From Camelus dromedarius (Eukaryota), in the NCBI RefSeq assembly GCF_036321535.1, contig NC_087439.1, forward strand, positions 67,890,001 to 67,954,000: 64,000 nucleotides of DNA, in the 5' to 3' direction. This document shows, in pieces, positions 49,201 through 61,720 of the stretch. Numbering within the stretch: position 1 is the first letter of the stretch; every line of letters begins with the position of its first letter. A model generated the notes under the pieces. The model was not told the DNA's origin, made no database searches, and worked only from the letters and a program-made list of their open reading frames with translations. The position numbers were made by a program, and so were the translations under genes.

Positions 49201-50512
49201 AGGGAGGTTGACCCTGTGAAGTTGCAGCTATTGAGCCTGTTTGGCAAGTCGGCAAGGGACTTCTTTCTTTAACTATTTTGTGAATACCTTTCACCTGGGG
49301 CAAACTTGTTTTCCAAAGAGAAGTAGGCAAATCCAGGCCTGGACTGTTCAGAGCAGTTTTCTCTTACATCTGGGAGGGAAGCCTATGGGATGGGCCAGGT
49401 CAGGCCAGATAAAGACCTCAGAGGCCCAGGGATGAAAGGATGCAAGTGATCCCCAGATGTAATTTGAAATCAAGGGAATACTAAGTTCTAAAGTCACGAA
49501 GGTCTGATTTTCTTTCCCCCCTGCAATGACTACTAAGGTGTTTTTATTTGACACATCAAAGGTCAGATTATTTCTGACATCCATATCTTCCTCTTTGTCT
49601 CTCTCTTTGTTTGTCTCTGGTGCCCTTGTTGGCTGATGACCTAAGTACCATCTGATGCTGCCTGGGGGTAACCTGGCCCTGGATCAGATACAGGGATTTT
49701 GTACCCATTGACTTACAATTCTAAGGCACTCTGCCAGCTTCAGAAGGAACTCAGCCTCCTACAGAACCCAATTTAAGATGAAGCACTGGTTCCTCAGTAA
49801 TATTTTATTTTTAGGACATATTTATTAAGGATTAAAAGAAGATCTTTTAAAAAAATCTGGTCTGTTTCCTAGGGAAATTCACTTGGATTTGTTTTAAAGG
49901 AACACTGTACAGCCAAGACTTTTAAATAATCAGATTACAGTGGCTTACTTCACGATGGCCACCAGAGACGCCAGTGACACCAGGCAACAGCCTGCGGGCT
50001 GTCCCACAGTAGAATAATCAGATCACTTGGTTTAGCTGAACTGAAGGAAAAAGTCCTTGGCAAAAACGGGGGAATTTAGGCTGGCTGGATTTGGGATTAG
50101 TGAGTCAGATTGTTGTCAAAGGTGGGTCTGGGGTGAGGGGACCAGATTACTAGGAGGGGAGGGGGGCTGACATTAGCAAGAAGAGGGGAGGCAGCACGTG
50201 GATGCTTAACTCCGTGTGACCTTCCTCGACTGTAATTCTGTGAGGGGGCTGAATGAAGTGTGTCGTTTTCAAAGTTCTTTTTAAAGGTGTTTGTTGTTTT
50301 CCTTGACCAAAACTCTATGCAGAACTCCAATGTGCAAAGCAGCTAAGAGTGGAGCTCTTCTTGGGTGTAGGGATGGGGGGAACCAGAATCAGTACAGTGT
50401 CTCTGTCTCCAAGTCCCCCCACCAAGGGGGCTTCTCTGTAAGAATACTGGGGCTTCTTGGAACAGAGTCTGAAACCCACTGAACTGATCTCAGTTCCCTT
50501 GTTACTTTAAAA

Positions 50513-50625
50513 AAATGTTTTTTAATTAATTAGGTTTATTTACTTTTAGAGGAAGTACTGGGGATTGAACCCAGAACCTCGTGCATCCTAAGCATGCACT
50601 CTGCCCCTTGAGCTATACCCTCCCC
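50513..50625 (-). mobile_element. Vic-1-like SINE
   Basis: tactggggattgaacccagaacctcgtgcatcctaagcatgcactct...agctataccctcccc; probable TSD tactttaaaa at 50503-50512 and 50634-50643. Confidence 0.8.
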
Positions 50626-50884
50626 ACTCTTACTACTTTAAAATGCCAAGTTAAAGAGAAAGAATAGAAGGATTAGAAGACATCGATTTCATATATATAC
50701 CTAAGGGCACCTGGTAGAGAAAAGCAGTCACTCTCATTTCTCCTGAAAATAATATACTTTATTTACTTTATAATTTATTCTTTATCCACAGCCTAATCCC
50801 ATCCTGTTCCTTTTTTCCACAGTATTGTTTTTATTTAATCGTTAGTAGCAAGGAAAAGAAAAAGTTCTTTCTCTGACTTAAAAA

Positions 50885-51060
50885 GAGAAGGTTGTCACTT
50901 TGCCACTTAACTAGTAAGAAGCCTTGTGTTCAAGTGTGGTCTCCCCACTAGCAAGTTGTGTGACCTTGGGTAAGTTAGTCAACAACTCTGAGCCTTTGTT
51001 TTCTCTTCTATAAAATAAGGGGTGTGGTTCTAAAAGGTCAGTTCTAGTTTTAAAGTTCAA
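50885..51060 (+). mobile_element. MIR/MIR3 fragment
   Basis: ccccactagcaagttgtgtgaccttgggtaagttagtcaacaactctgagcctttgttttctcttctataaaataagggg. Confidence 0.6.
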
Positions 51061-52329
51061 AGCCTATACAATGAGGAGGAGAAAAGATCCTCTAACCCAT
51101 AGATGAACCCCAAATTAAAAAGATTCTCTACCCTTCTAGACAATAAGATATTTACACAAGGTGTTAATTCCTGTTTCATCTGCTTGGTAAGCCTGAAATA
51201 AAACTCCGGGATTCTTCGAATGAACCTATCTGTCTTACATTATGGAGAGTTCAAATGTCTCTTTCAATCACGTTAGCTCTACTGACATGAGCTTCTTTTC
51301 TTAACTGAGTGTGTGGCTACATATTTATAAACATTAGGGATACACAGTTCTGTGTGTGAGCATCTCAATGACAGTGATGCATGAAAGGAAAGGCCAAAAA
51401 TCAAAAAAAGAGTTTCTTCTAATCTCTTGCTCAAATCATCTAAGTCCTGTGCTCAGGGTTGGAACCAAATTTTGCTCACCAACCCTGGATAAGCTGCTTT
51501 TTAAGAGCGATTTCTCTGAGCTGAGGTTGGATTTTGTTTTANNNNNNNNNNNNNNNNNNNNNNNNNNNNNNNNNNNNNNNNNNNNNNNNNNNNNNNNNNN
51601 NNNNNNNNNNNNNNNNNNNNNNNNNNNNNNNNNNNNNNNNNNNNNNNNNNNNNNNNNNNNNNNNNNNNNNNNNNNNNNNNNNNNNNNNNNNNNNNNNGCT
51701 GGGTGGCAGTGAGTGATACACTCCTGAAGGCACAGCAAATGGAAATCCCTGTGAACTTCTGCAGTGATAAAGTTCAAAATCTGAATAAAAGAACCATCTG
51801 AGAGGGCAGGAAGGAGAGAAACCAGAGAGCAGGAGAGGAAGCCAGTGCCTGAGCGTGGAAAAAGGAGTAAAGAATGAGGCAAACTTCCTCTTCTAAAACA
51901 CCTCCAACGAATTCACCAGGGAGAGAACTGGAAATTGGGTCTGGAAATAGGGCCTTTGGAAACTCTCTCTCCCTCAATCTGGATTCTAAAAATGAACCTT
52001 CATCTAATCGTTAAAATGTACATTTGATGTGATTACCTCCCCTGACCTCGAATCATGCCACCTGTGGTAACCTTGTTATTTGTCATCTTATATCATAAAC
52101 AAATGCAATTCCAATAGGGCAGCCAATATAATATCATTAGTTTATATTTATGTCCACTCTTTCCCAGCCCTCATTGCAAATGCAATTTTGATGCCATTGA
52201 TGAGAGATCTGAGATTACAATTCTTGACCATTTCAACAGACATTTGGGGAAGGAAATAGAAGAAGAATAATTTTAAGGTCTCTCAAAAAGGTAATATAAT
52301 TTTTTTTCATTTATTTTGATTAACTGAAG

Positions 52330-52800
52330 GCTTATGTTGAAACCTTCATGGCTCCCTATTGGTTAGTAAATGAAATCCAAACCCCTTGGCCTAACAATTT
52401 GGTCCTTCCATTTGGCCCAAGCGATTGTTTCCAAGCTTATTTGCAATTATTTGCCTCCACACCGTCTAAACTGTGGCTTCTGAGTGTTCCCCAAACAAAC
52501 CCAGTGTCCGTTTCTCTGTTCCCACCTCCCCTTCCCCCGGGATGCCTTTCCCCGTTCTAAATCCCACCTACCCTCCCAGTCCAGGCTCGCATGCCACCTC
52601 CGCCCCACCTGGTCTCCCACACCAGGAGTAAGCTTTCCCAGCCTCTGAGGCTGAAGCTCCTCAGCATCTCCTAAGATGTGCGAGAGCCTCATCCATTCTG
52701 CTGGACCACCTGATTCATCTTTGGTAGACCTTATAGGATCAAACCCAGAGCCTTGCCCAAAGGTCAGACTCAACGAGGCTTGATGAATTAATGAATTAGT
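52330..52800 (+). mobile_element. L2 3' fragment
   Basis: aaaccttcatggctccc...aaatccaaacccctt...tgatgaattaatgaa. Confidence 0.55.
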
Positions 52801-54214
52801 TCATTAGGGTAATACCAAAAGCATCAGTAGGTATCACAAATTCTAAGAAAGAAAGCTTTGTCACAAATTGTTCTGTTTATCCAGCTACTACCATTCCTTC
52901 CCAATCCACAGCTGCTGTGAAATGCAAATGTTTTTTCTGGTGAACCGAGAATTCAGATACCTTGTCTGGGTTCCTAATACCTAGTCATAGGTCAAGGTGG
53001 AGCTAGCGTGAGCTCTGTCTCGTGGGACACAGTAACCTTGTGTAATAACAATGGAGTTCAAAGGATATTACATTTTAATTCTAATAATAGTAAAATTAAT
53101 TTAGCTGAGGGTTTTCTTGCCCCCTCACTCCACACGCTCCCCACCCCTGGCCCCGCTGCCACTCACCCTGCCAAAGGCAAGTTCTAGGGATTTGTTTTCA
53201 GTCAGTAGCACCAGGAAGATTCAAAGTATTGCTTCATCACCAAACTGTTTGCCGGGAACAGATTATCTCTTCCTGGGTTTCCATTCACTCCTCTCTACCC
53301 ATCCCTCCCCAATTTGCCTTCCTCCCTTCCTATGCCCCCAATTTGCCTTTTAGGCACATCTGTTTTATTTTTCCCCTTTATCAAAGCAATGATTGCTGCC
53401 GCTTGGTCCAGTAATTTGCAATTCCCTTTATCTTCTTCGCTGAAAGACTGGCCAGAACCCGGATCACTGGCTATCACGGGATCTGGAGAGGCGGTGAGCA
53501 GGGTATCACTGGCCGTGTGCATTAAGGGGGCCAGCCCCATCCACTGCCCGCTTTCCTTCTGTTATTCCCAGCCTCCTCCCTTTTTTCCTGGATTANNNNN
53601 NNNNNNNNNNNNNNNNNNNNNNNNNNNNNNNNNNNNNNNNNNNNNNNNNNNNNNNNNNNNNNNNNNNNNNNNNNNNNNNNNNNNNNNNNNNNNNNNNNNN
53701 NNNNNNNNNNNNNNNNNNNNNNNNNNNNNNNNNNNNNNNNNNNNNNNNNNNNNNCCACGCAGCGTTCCCTGCTGAGCACACTTTCAGGGATGAAGGATGG
53801 AAGAGGAGGAAGGGGAAGAAAAGGAGAGAGATTTAAAAAATCAGTAGAGGCGAGAACTGAAAGTGGAAGACCAAGGTGAGAAAAAAAATGCAAAGAGATG
53901 TAAATCTAAGATGAGACTTCTCCAGCAGAGAGCATCCCCTCTGAAGAACAGTGTGCCGAGAGCTAATCTGACGCTTATAAAACCAGACAAAGGTTTAGTG
54001 GGGTAAGAGCTGAGAATGAGTAATTATTTACTTATTAAAAAACTCATACAAATAACATAAACTTATCACAAGGGTGTTAGAGTGTGCTTTCGACCATTCT
54101 ATGATCACCAGATACTGTGAACCCTACTGAAGCTGTTTGGAAGATTAAATGACTTCTGAATAGATGGCTTAATGTGTCCTGAACAGTACTGTGTCATCTC
54201 ATGTGGCACAACCA

Positions 54215-54345
54215 CCCTATAACGGAGCTATTATTATCACATTTTCCAGATAAGGACACTGAGGTACAGAGAGATTAAGTATTCTGGATCACAGACCTGG
54301 CGAGTGGCCGCACTGGATTTTAAACCCGGAGGTCTGACTCCAATG
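54215..54345 (-). mobile_element. MIR fragment
   Basis: ttattatcacattttccagataaggacactgaggtacagagagattaagt. Confidence 0.65.
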
Positions 54346-56729
54346 CTTCGGAAGCTGGGAAGGCCAATGAAGGTCTCCCCCCAAACTTTTCGGTGACAGA
54401 ATTTAGTGGCATGGAGGGAAAGATAAATGTTTGGCCTGTTTGAGAACTCCGTTTTCTCTCCCGGTGCGAGGAATCCGTGTGTGAACAATGAGAGATGTGT
54501 CTGAGGCTGGGGTGTGAGTGGGCTGAAAGCACTTAACACCTTTTCCACTCCCAGTACACAGGCACTGGGGTCCTTGTCATCCTGGCCCTCCTCCCTGCGT
54601 TCTGGAAACCAGGGTGTGCATTTGGGGGAGGGTGTAGGGGGTGTGAACAGGGTGTTCAAGTCTGAAACTATGTGTCACAACATCCGAGGGCTTCTTCTTG
54701 GCTCCTCATTGCCATTCTTCCCCATCCTAAATGCCACAGTTTTGTTGTTCTACTGNNNNNNNNNNNNNNNNNNNNNNNNNNNNNNNNNNNNNNNNNNNNN
54801 NNNNNNNNNNNNNNNNNNNNNNNNNNNNNNNNNNNNNNNNNNNNNNNNNNNNNNNNNNNNNNNNNNNNNNNNNNNNNNNNNNNNNNNNNNNNNNNNNNNN
54901 NNNNNNNNNNNNNNNNNNNNNNNNNNNNNNNNNNNNNNNNNNNNNNNNNNNNNNNNNNNNNNNNNNNNNNNNNNNNNNNNNNNNNNNNNNNNNNNNNNNN
55001 NNNNNNNTCCTGTTAGCTAATGAGCGCATTAAGCCCTTCAGCAGTTTCTCATCAAGGCAGATAAAACTTTGAAAAAGGCTGTAGGCTCCCCAGCACAAAC
55101 TTCTGCAATATCTTCCAGGAATGGGTTAATAAAAAAAAAAAAAAGTAAATTTCTTACCTGGAAGGAACCATACAAAGACTCACTTCTGGGGATCAAACAC
55201 AAGTCTGCCACTCAAGAAGGGTGCCTCAAAGATTATTCAGTGGCAAATGATGGCCAGACGATAAAATATCTCGTATATGTTAATGATACTACAAACTACT
55301 ACCCAGATGCCACTTTTCAAGCCCTTTCTCGTCAGTGCAAGAAATTAAAAAGTTATCATGCCTCTGCTCCATCTTTTATAAAAGGAAAGTCTCATCTCTG
55401 TTTCCTAAAGTCTTTCCAAACTAAACCTTTGGGGAATATATTCTGAAAATTCTTTTCCAGTGAACCTGGCTCTGAATTCTGTTAATTTTGTTAACAAGTG
55501 TGCCCCATACTCGGGTCACCCAAAGTCAGCTCATTCTCTTGACTGATTTAATGAACAGTTGAGTGAAAAGAAAAACACCAGGCAGGGTCCTCAGAACCAT
55601 CGAGTCCACGGTGTCTCTCCCACTGACCCCCAGGGGCCTCTCCCCAACTGTTATTTGCTTTCATGCCTCATTGCATATGAATTGGCATTTGGACTCCAAG
55701 CCATGTCTACAGCGGGAAGATAGGAACTGGCCTTTCGATTGCAGCATGTGAACTATATATTGAACAGCAGGAGATGAGAGCCATTTGGTAGACAGCAGGA
55801 GTCCTGGCTGGATAGCCCGGGGTTCTAGGCACTGCAGCCTTCCAACATTTCATTTTGCCAGTTGGGTGCTCTGTGGCTTAATCTGAGGGCTCCACAGCAT
55901 GACATGAAAGTCCAGACCTGCAGCGCTGCCTGGGCATTCACAATTCTACCAGGCACAACTTGGACAAGAAGGGGCTTGCCCTGCAGCCCTCCTTGGGAGC
56001 GCTCCACTTTCCACTGTTTTGCACTGTGTGCTCCGTTGGCAACTGGCCCCAGCTTCACCACCTCCAGTGGCTGCTTATGGGGTAAAGTTGACTGGGTACC
56101 CACTATATGCGGGGACGAGACCAGTCCCCAGAGCCTAGAGCAGGCTGTCTGTGCAGAATCCAGGAGTTTATAGCTCTGCTTGCAAATATTTATGCCTACC
56201 CACAGCCATCCTGCAATCTGGAGAGACAGGCTAAAAAAGCAAGCCTCTTCAAACTCTTATCCAGCGCCTAGCCTGTCCTGTCTTCTCTTTCAGGATTTGT
56301 TTGAACCTAGACCTCTCCCCCACAGCCAATTTAACACCTCTTATCTGATCATCCAGTCCAGACGAAAGGTTGAATTGACCGTGTCTGCCAGTGTCCATGG
56401 CAATGGTGTTAAAACCCAAGTACAGATCAAAGCTCTACAGGCAAGGGGCGAGGGGTGGGAGGTCGTTGGTTACAGGGTCCGGATTCTTTTGGCCCCAAGC
56501 GGTGTGTGCCGGAGGTGGGGAAACATTAGTTAGGGCTGGGAGTTGCCGCTATCTTTAGAAACCCACTGTAAGGGCCTGAATTATTTCCTAGCAAAACCCA
56601 GTTCCCCGCGGACCACGAGTAAGTCCAGCAAAGGAGAGTTTCTGACCGGGAATGGCTAGCGCCAGGGGGCTCTCCTCTCTGTCTAAAACCGAAAGGAAGG
56701 GAGGCGGAGGGAGGGAGAGGAGCCTCAGC

Positions 56730-58548
56730 ACACGCCAATAAACCAGAGCGCGGATCCCCTCCCCTTTCAGAGAAATTCAACTGGAGCCGCAGAAGCGGCG
56801 ACACGTTTGAGCCGAATCTCCTAAACTTGGCTCGGAAAGCTGATTCCCATCCTCATATCCCCACGGTTCCCGGAGGGGCGACCGGTTCATTCCACCACCA
56901 CCCCTCGCCAGCCCCCAGACGTTAGCTCTGCGGGCGCCCCTCACCCAGCCACCGGGTGCGGGGGACCTGGTGGGGAAAACGGCGGTGCGCGAGCCCGAGG
57001 CGAAGGGTGGAGGCAGCCGTTTAATTACAGCTCGCCTCGCCTCCATTAACTTCTGTTGATATTAAAAAGGAATCAATCAGTGAAAATGAAGCATTGGCCG
57101 CGAATATTTCTTTTTCTCCAGTGGAAAAGCAAAGAGTGAGGCGGCGGGGGAGGGGAGGCGGAACTCGCCGCTACTGCAGAGGTTTCTCCCAGGCAGAGAA
57201 CCGCAGCAGCGACTTAACTTTCTGGCAATGGGCAGCAATGAGGAAATGCCGCAAGCGTCTCCCGGGGGGTGTCCTTAGTCAGGAGGAGGAGGGGACAAGT
57301 CTGGAGGAGTTGCAGGCGGCCACTTCACCCAGGCTTGAGCCTCGGTTTTGCTTTCCCTGGGAATATTTTTCCCTAATAGAATGTTTATGGATCGTTCGGC
57401 TCTGTTTCTGCTGCGCAGCCCAAACAGATCGATGCGGCGTCAGAGACAGCGGTGGGTGGGGGTAGCTGGGCTGGGGGGGGGCCACAACGTCCCCACCACG
57501 TGGATGCCCGCGCACCGCGTGCTCTTCACCTGTTCGCCCGCACTGGCGGGCGCCCGGCGCGCGGCGCTACCAGAGGCAGCGCAAGTTGGGCGCATCCTCG
57601 CGGCTCCAGCTGCCTTCCTTCCGCCCCGCTCCGACCTCGGCTCAGAATCCCACTCCGGCTTCCCGCAACGCAGCTGGGCCAGCGCTCGGACCTCCACCCC
57701 CGCAGAGCCGGCTCTCCAGAAGCGGCGATGGGGAATGCAGTGCAGTATGGAGCGCGGGAAGCAGGAGGGGGCGCTCCGAGCCGGGCTCGCGGAGCTACCC
57801 CAAGTCCCGAGCCGGGACAGGAGGGAGGCGGGCGGCGGCACTATCTAGCAGGGCAGCTGGCGTGCCAAAGACTGGCGGAGCCTGGTGCGCGACACCCACG
57901 CGGCCTCTTAGCTACCAGAGAGTACAAGAAGTCGCGCATGGTGTCTGCGAGGTTATTTGCTCAATTGCTCCTTGGCTGGCACCTTTCGCCCTCCCTTTGC
58001 CCCTGACTTCTTCTCGGAATGGGTTTTTAGCCGCTGCCGCAGGCTGGGCCCGATCCCCTTCCGGCCGGCGCGCACCGGTGAGTCAGAGATCTAGCTGGGC
58101 CTCGCCCTTTGCTACCCGCTGCCAGCTCGCCCGGTGCCAGTCGGCTTCTCCGACGGAAAGACCGAGCGGCTCGCGGCTTGCGATCGCCTTTTCCGCGGGC
58201 TGGAAAATATCCACCCCGGGCGGGTCCCAGCTCCGCATCCCACCAGGAGGTCCCACCCCGGGTCCGAGGCTGCCTGAGGCCTCGTAGAGGGTGACCTGCC
58301 CGTACTTCCGCGCCTCTGGGCTTCTCTAGAAGTGACGCAGCGCGCCCGAGGCTAGGGTGGGAGGGGGCTCTGCGGAGAGCGCGGGAGGCAGGTGGCAGAG
58401 CGGGAGTGGGTCTGAGCGGGTGTCGCACACACACGTACACACTCTGCGCAGCGCTCGGGGACAGATGTGCGAACATCTGGGGTAGGAGATAGCCTCAGAG
58501 TATTCACGACCCCTCCCGCTCCGCACAGCACACGGAACCTTAAGTTGT

Positions 58549-58599
<51 letters not shown>

Positions 58600-58699
58600 T
58601 GCACGCACGCGCCGGTGTGTGCGCCAGTGTGCGCGTACTCGCGCTCCAGGGCCTACCAGCGTCCGTGCCTGAATACATAATGTACCGTGGGCATCTTAA

Positions 58700-58720
<21 letters not shown>
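56730..58720. promoter_or_regulatory. Second CpG island in intron 1
   Basis: About 2 kb of GC-rich, CpG-dense sequence, separated from the promoter island by AT-richer DNA. Confidence 0.8.
58551..58598 (+). repeat. (GT)24 microsatellite
   Basis: Read directly from the sequence. Confidence 0.95.

Positions 58721-58732
<12 letters not shown>
58705..58732 (+). repeat. (CA)14 microsatellite
   Basis: Read directly from the sequence. Confidence 0.95.
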
Positions 58733-60236
58733 GCGAATAACACAAACATACATAATTTACTCAGCTTTCAGGTCTGTGAGAGGTAATTTAATTTTGCTTC
58801 AAGCTGGGAATTTAGAATTAAGGCAATAGGGAATGGGGAGCCACAGGAAATCTCCCCAAGTGGGGCCTGCACCCATCTCTTTGATACGATTTGCAGCTGC
58901 TCTGAAGACCAGTTACGGCAGAGAAGCAGCAGCAAACGTGTGGATTTGGATAACAAGGGCATTTGTGAATCTTCCTTCCCCTTCAGATAAACACCCAAGC
59001 TTCAGGTGGGGCGTGTGTGGCTCTTGGGGACTGTGGACCAGAGTCCCAGGCTCCCACAGGACCCACTAGCCCGCTGTGATGAGGTAGAACCCGGGAGGCT
59101 GCCTGAGGTTAGTCCTACCACTGAGGTGGCAGCCTTAGAAGTACCTCCGGGTAAGGACACTTCAGGAAGGCTTTTTCTCTGTCCTTTCTCTATTTCCTCC
59201 AGGGATGGTTTCCCCATCCTCAATCACCTGTAGCAGCTTCTTAGAGTTTTGTCAGATTCCAGGCAGTGTTGTCAGAGGGGAGAGAGGCTTCCCCAGGAGA
59301 GTGGTGTGGGGAAGCCAGAACAAACCCCACTGGGTTCCCTGGAACCGGAGAGCCCTTCTCAGAAAGCCGACCCCAAGCCAGCCTCCCCCCCGCCAACCCC
59401 CAAATATTGGCTCAGACTGTTCTGGGCCTTGCAGTGCTTTTCTCTGCAGTCCGTTCACACACCCTTTTTGGCAGTGGTTGAGAATAAATTGCGCTCAAAA
59501 GTTTCTTACCACTTCACAAGAGTGAGACCTTCAAGGGTCATACAGTTTGTTTTATCTAATAATAATTTTTAAAAGAACAGATGATTTACTTCCCCACAAA
59601 ACACATGGATGCGGGAAAGAGAGCTGGTCGACCAACCACCTTGGTTGCCAGCAGAGCCCAGCCCAAGCCCTGAGCTCAGCCGCAAGATAACTTGCTCCAT
59701 CAGCCTGAGCCCTATGCTTCTGAGGCTCATCCACACAGTCTGTAAAGCATCCACAGCATCGGAAAACCCAAACTACACTCCCGTATTTCCCAAGCCCTTC
59801 AGTTAACATTGCTCAATGTAGCTAAGTAGAGGGAATGCAAATGATTTATATTTCGCTGGCTAGGTTGAAGAAACTCAAGGGAGATGTGTTCTGCTTCAAG
59901 ACAGGGAAAAAAATTCCCAAAAACTGTAATGCAAAGGCTTTGTAGTATTTTTAAACCTTTGATTCAGTCCATATGTGACATCTGAACACCGCCAAATTCT
60001 GTCTATGTTTCAAAACACACACACTCTCACACACTCCTTAGCAGGAGAGAAAAGTTGGGTTTTAGCAGCGTTGGTGGTGTAGGGAGGGCCGGCTGGGATC
60101 TCTCTCTAAATAATTCAGTATTGAGCGAGCCTCCTTCTATGCCATTGCGTGTGGCCCCCTGCATTCGCAGTAGCTTTTAAAGGTAAAGGCATGTTGAAAT
60201 GAATAAGGAAAAAAAAAAAAACTTTGAAGGGCTTAC

Positions 60237-60309
60237 CTGGTTGGCCTCTCACTTCGTGTCCTGAAAAGTAGAGAGCTAAGAAAATCCAGGTGAGAGGAAA
60301 CATATCCAT
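60237..60309 (-). CDS. NRP2: NRP2 exon 1 coding part (signal peptide MDMFPLTWIFLALYFSGHEVRGQP), 73 nt
   Basis: ATG at 60309 in strong Kozak context (ccaaaATGG); donor CAG|GTAAGC at 60236. Confidence 0.97.
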
Positions 60310-61121
60310 TTTGGAGGTTGTTTTCTCCAGAGATGTTTTTGTAGATTTCTGGTATAATTATGTCTTTGTATTTTTCTCTTTCTTATATTCTTCCTTACAG
60401 TGTCCTCTGTAAAGGTTTCTACTGGTCAATGTTTCCCTCCTGGATCCTGGCGGCCCGTCTTCACCTTTATTCTTGCCGGATCCCCACCTCACCGGGAGGG
60501 TAGCTCTTGAAATCAGCAAAGAGGGAGCAAGCTGGGAAGACAGGACGGGTTTCCTCTCTTTAAAAAAAGCATCTATGTCCTCTCCAGTTCCTCAAAGTAT
60601 CATTTCCTTTATCCTACAACATCACGGATGTTTCCCNNNNNNNNNNNNNNNNNNNNNNNNNNNNNNNNNNNNNNNNNNNNNNNNNNNNNNNNNNNNNNNN
60701 NNNNNNNNNNNNNNNNNNNNNNNNNNNNNNNNNNNNNNNNNNNNNNNNNNNNNNNNNNNNNNNNNNCGACACGCGGGCGGAGGCACCCACTGCCGGACGG
60801 CCCGAGTGGGAGGCAGCCGCCCAGCTCTTGCCCTCGCCGGGTNNNNNNNNNNNNNNNNNNNNNNNNNNNNNNNNNNNNNNNNNNNNNNNNNNNNNNNNNN
60901 NNNNNNNNNNNNNNNNNNNNNNNNNNNNNNNNNNNNNNNNNNNNNNNNNNNNNNNNNNNNNNNNNNNNNNNNNNNNNNNNNNNNNNNNNNNNNNNNNNNN
61001 NNNNNNNNNNNNNNNNNNNNNNNNNNNNNCCTCCACCTCGCCCAGCGCCTCGCCGAGTGTCTGCGCGTCTGAGGATGTGCTGGGGGCGGGCTGCGGGCTG
61101 GTTCCTCGCTCGCGTTCTCTG
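60310..61121 (-). other. NRP2: NRP2 exon 1 5'UTR (about 810 nt, two gaps)
   Basis: The readable segments (cagagaacgcgagcgaggaaccagccc..., acccggcgagggcaagagc..., aaaggaaatgatactttgagg...) resemble the human NRP2 mRNA leader as recalled. The TSS position is approximate. Confidence 0.7.
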
Positions 61122-61281
61122 CTTCCCCTCCGGNNNNNNNNNNNNNNNNNNNNNNNNNNNNNNNNNNNNNNNNNNNNNNNNNNNNNNNNNNNNNNNNNNN
61201 NNNNNNNNNNNNNNNNNNNNNNNNNNNNNNNNNNNNNNNNNNNNNNNNNNNNNNNNNNNNNNNNNNNNNNNNNNNNNNNNN
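60637..61281. other. Three sequence gaps in the 5'UTR/promoter (60637-60766, 60843-61029, 61134-61281)
   Basis: N runs interleaved with short GC-rich segments. Confidence 0.99.
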
Positions 61282-61720
61282 CGGCACCCGGCTCGGGCGG
61301 GGCGGCGGCGGCTTTCCCCCGGCCGCGGCCGGATCAAAGTTAAGGCAGGCAGCTCCCGCCCAGCCGCCCCTCTCCCACTCGGCCCCTCCCGCCCATTCTG
61401 GGCACCTTCGCGCCTGGGCTACTCCGTGCGGCCCGTGCGTAATGCCCCGGAGAAGGGGCGCCCCCGAGCACCTCCAGGGCGCGCTGCCCTTGGCCGCTTC
61501 GCCCCCGCCCTAGGGAGACTCCGCGGGAAACGGAGGAAATTCTTTTTCTTCCCCAATCCCCTGACTCCGGTGCCACACACGTAGAACCCAACACAATGCC
61601 ACGCGCAATGGCGTTACAAGAAGAGTTGGGTGGCGTACGGTGTTTGGAGTAGGGAGCCAGGCGGCAGCTCAGCCATGCGTTCACACGGGCAGCAATGCGT
61701 GGCGGCGACACACACGGTCA
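61030..61720. promoter_or_regulatory. NRP2 promoter CpG island with GC boxes, no obvious TATA
   Basis: Very high GC and CpG content spanning the inferred TSS; SP1-type GGGCGGGGC at 61295-61303 and several CCGCCC. Confidence 0.8.

Larger units (their letters stand above)
1..61121 (-). other. NRP2: Neuropilin-2 gene, 5' part (exons 1-10; continues past left edge)
   Basis: Ten exons in order on the minus strand with GT-AG boundaries and compatible phases. They translate to the recognisable NRP2 sequence MDMFPLTW...CGGRLNSKDAGYITSPGYP...LEVLGC. The TSS is approximate, taken from recalled similarity to the human mRNA 5' end. Confidence 0.97.

Noticed and set aside
57279-58829. Many overlapping 80-230 aa ORFs in the intron 1 CpG island, including HT/CV-repeat peptides
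   Set aside because: Stop codons are rare in GC-rich DNA and the repeats come from (GT)n/(CA)n. There is no domain resemblance.
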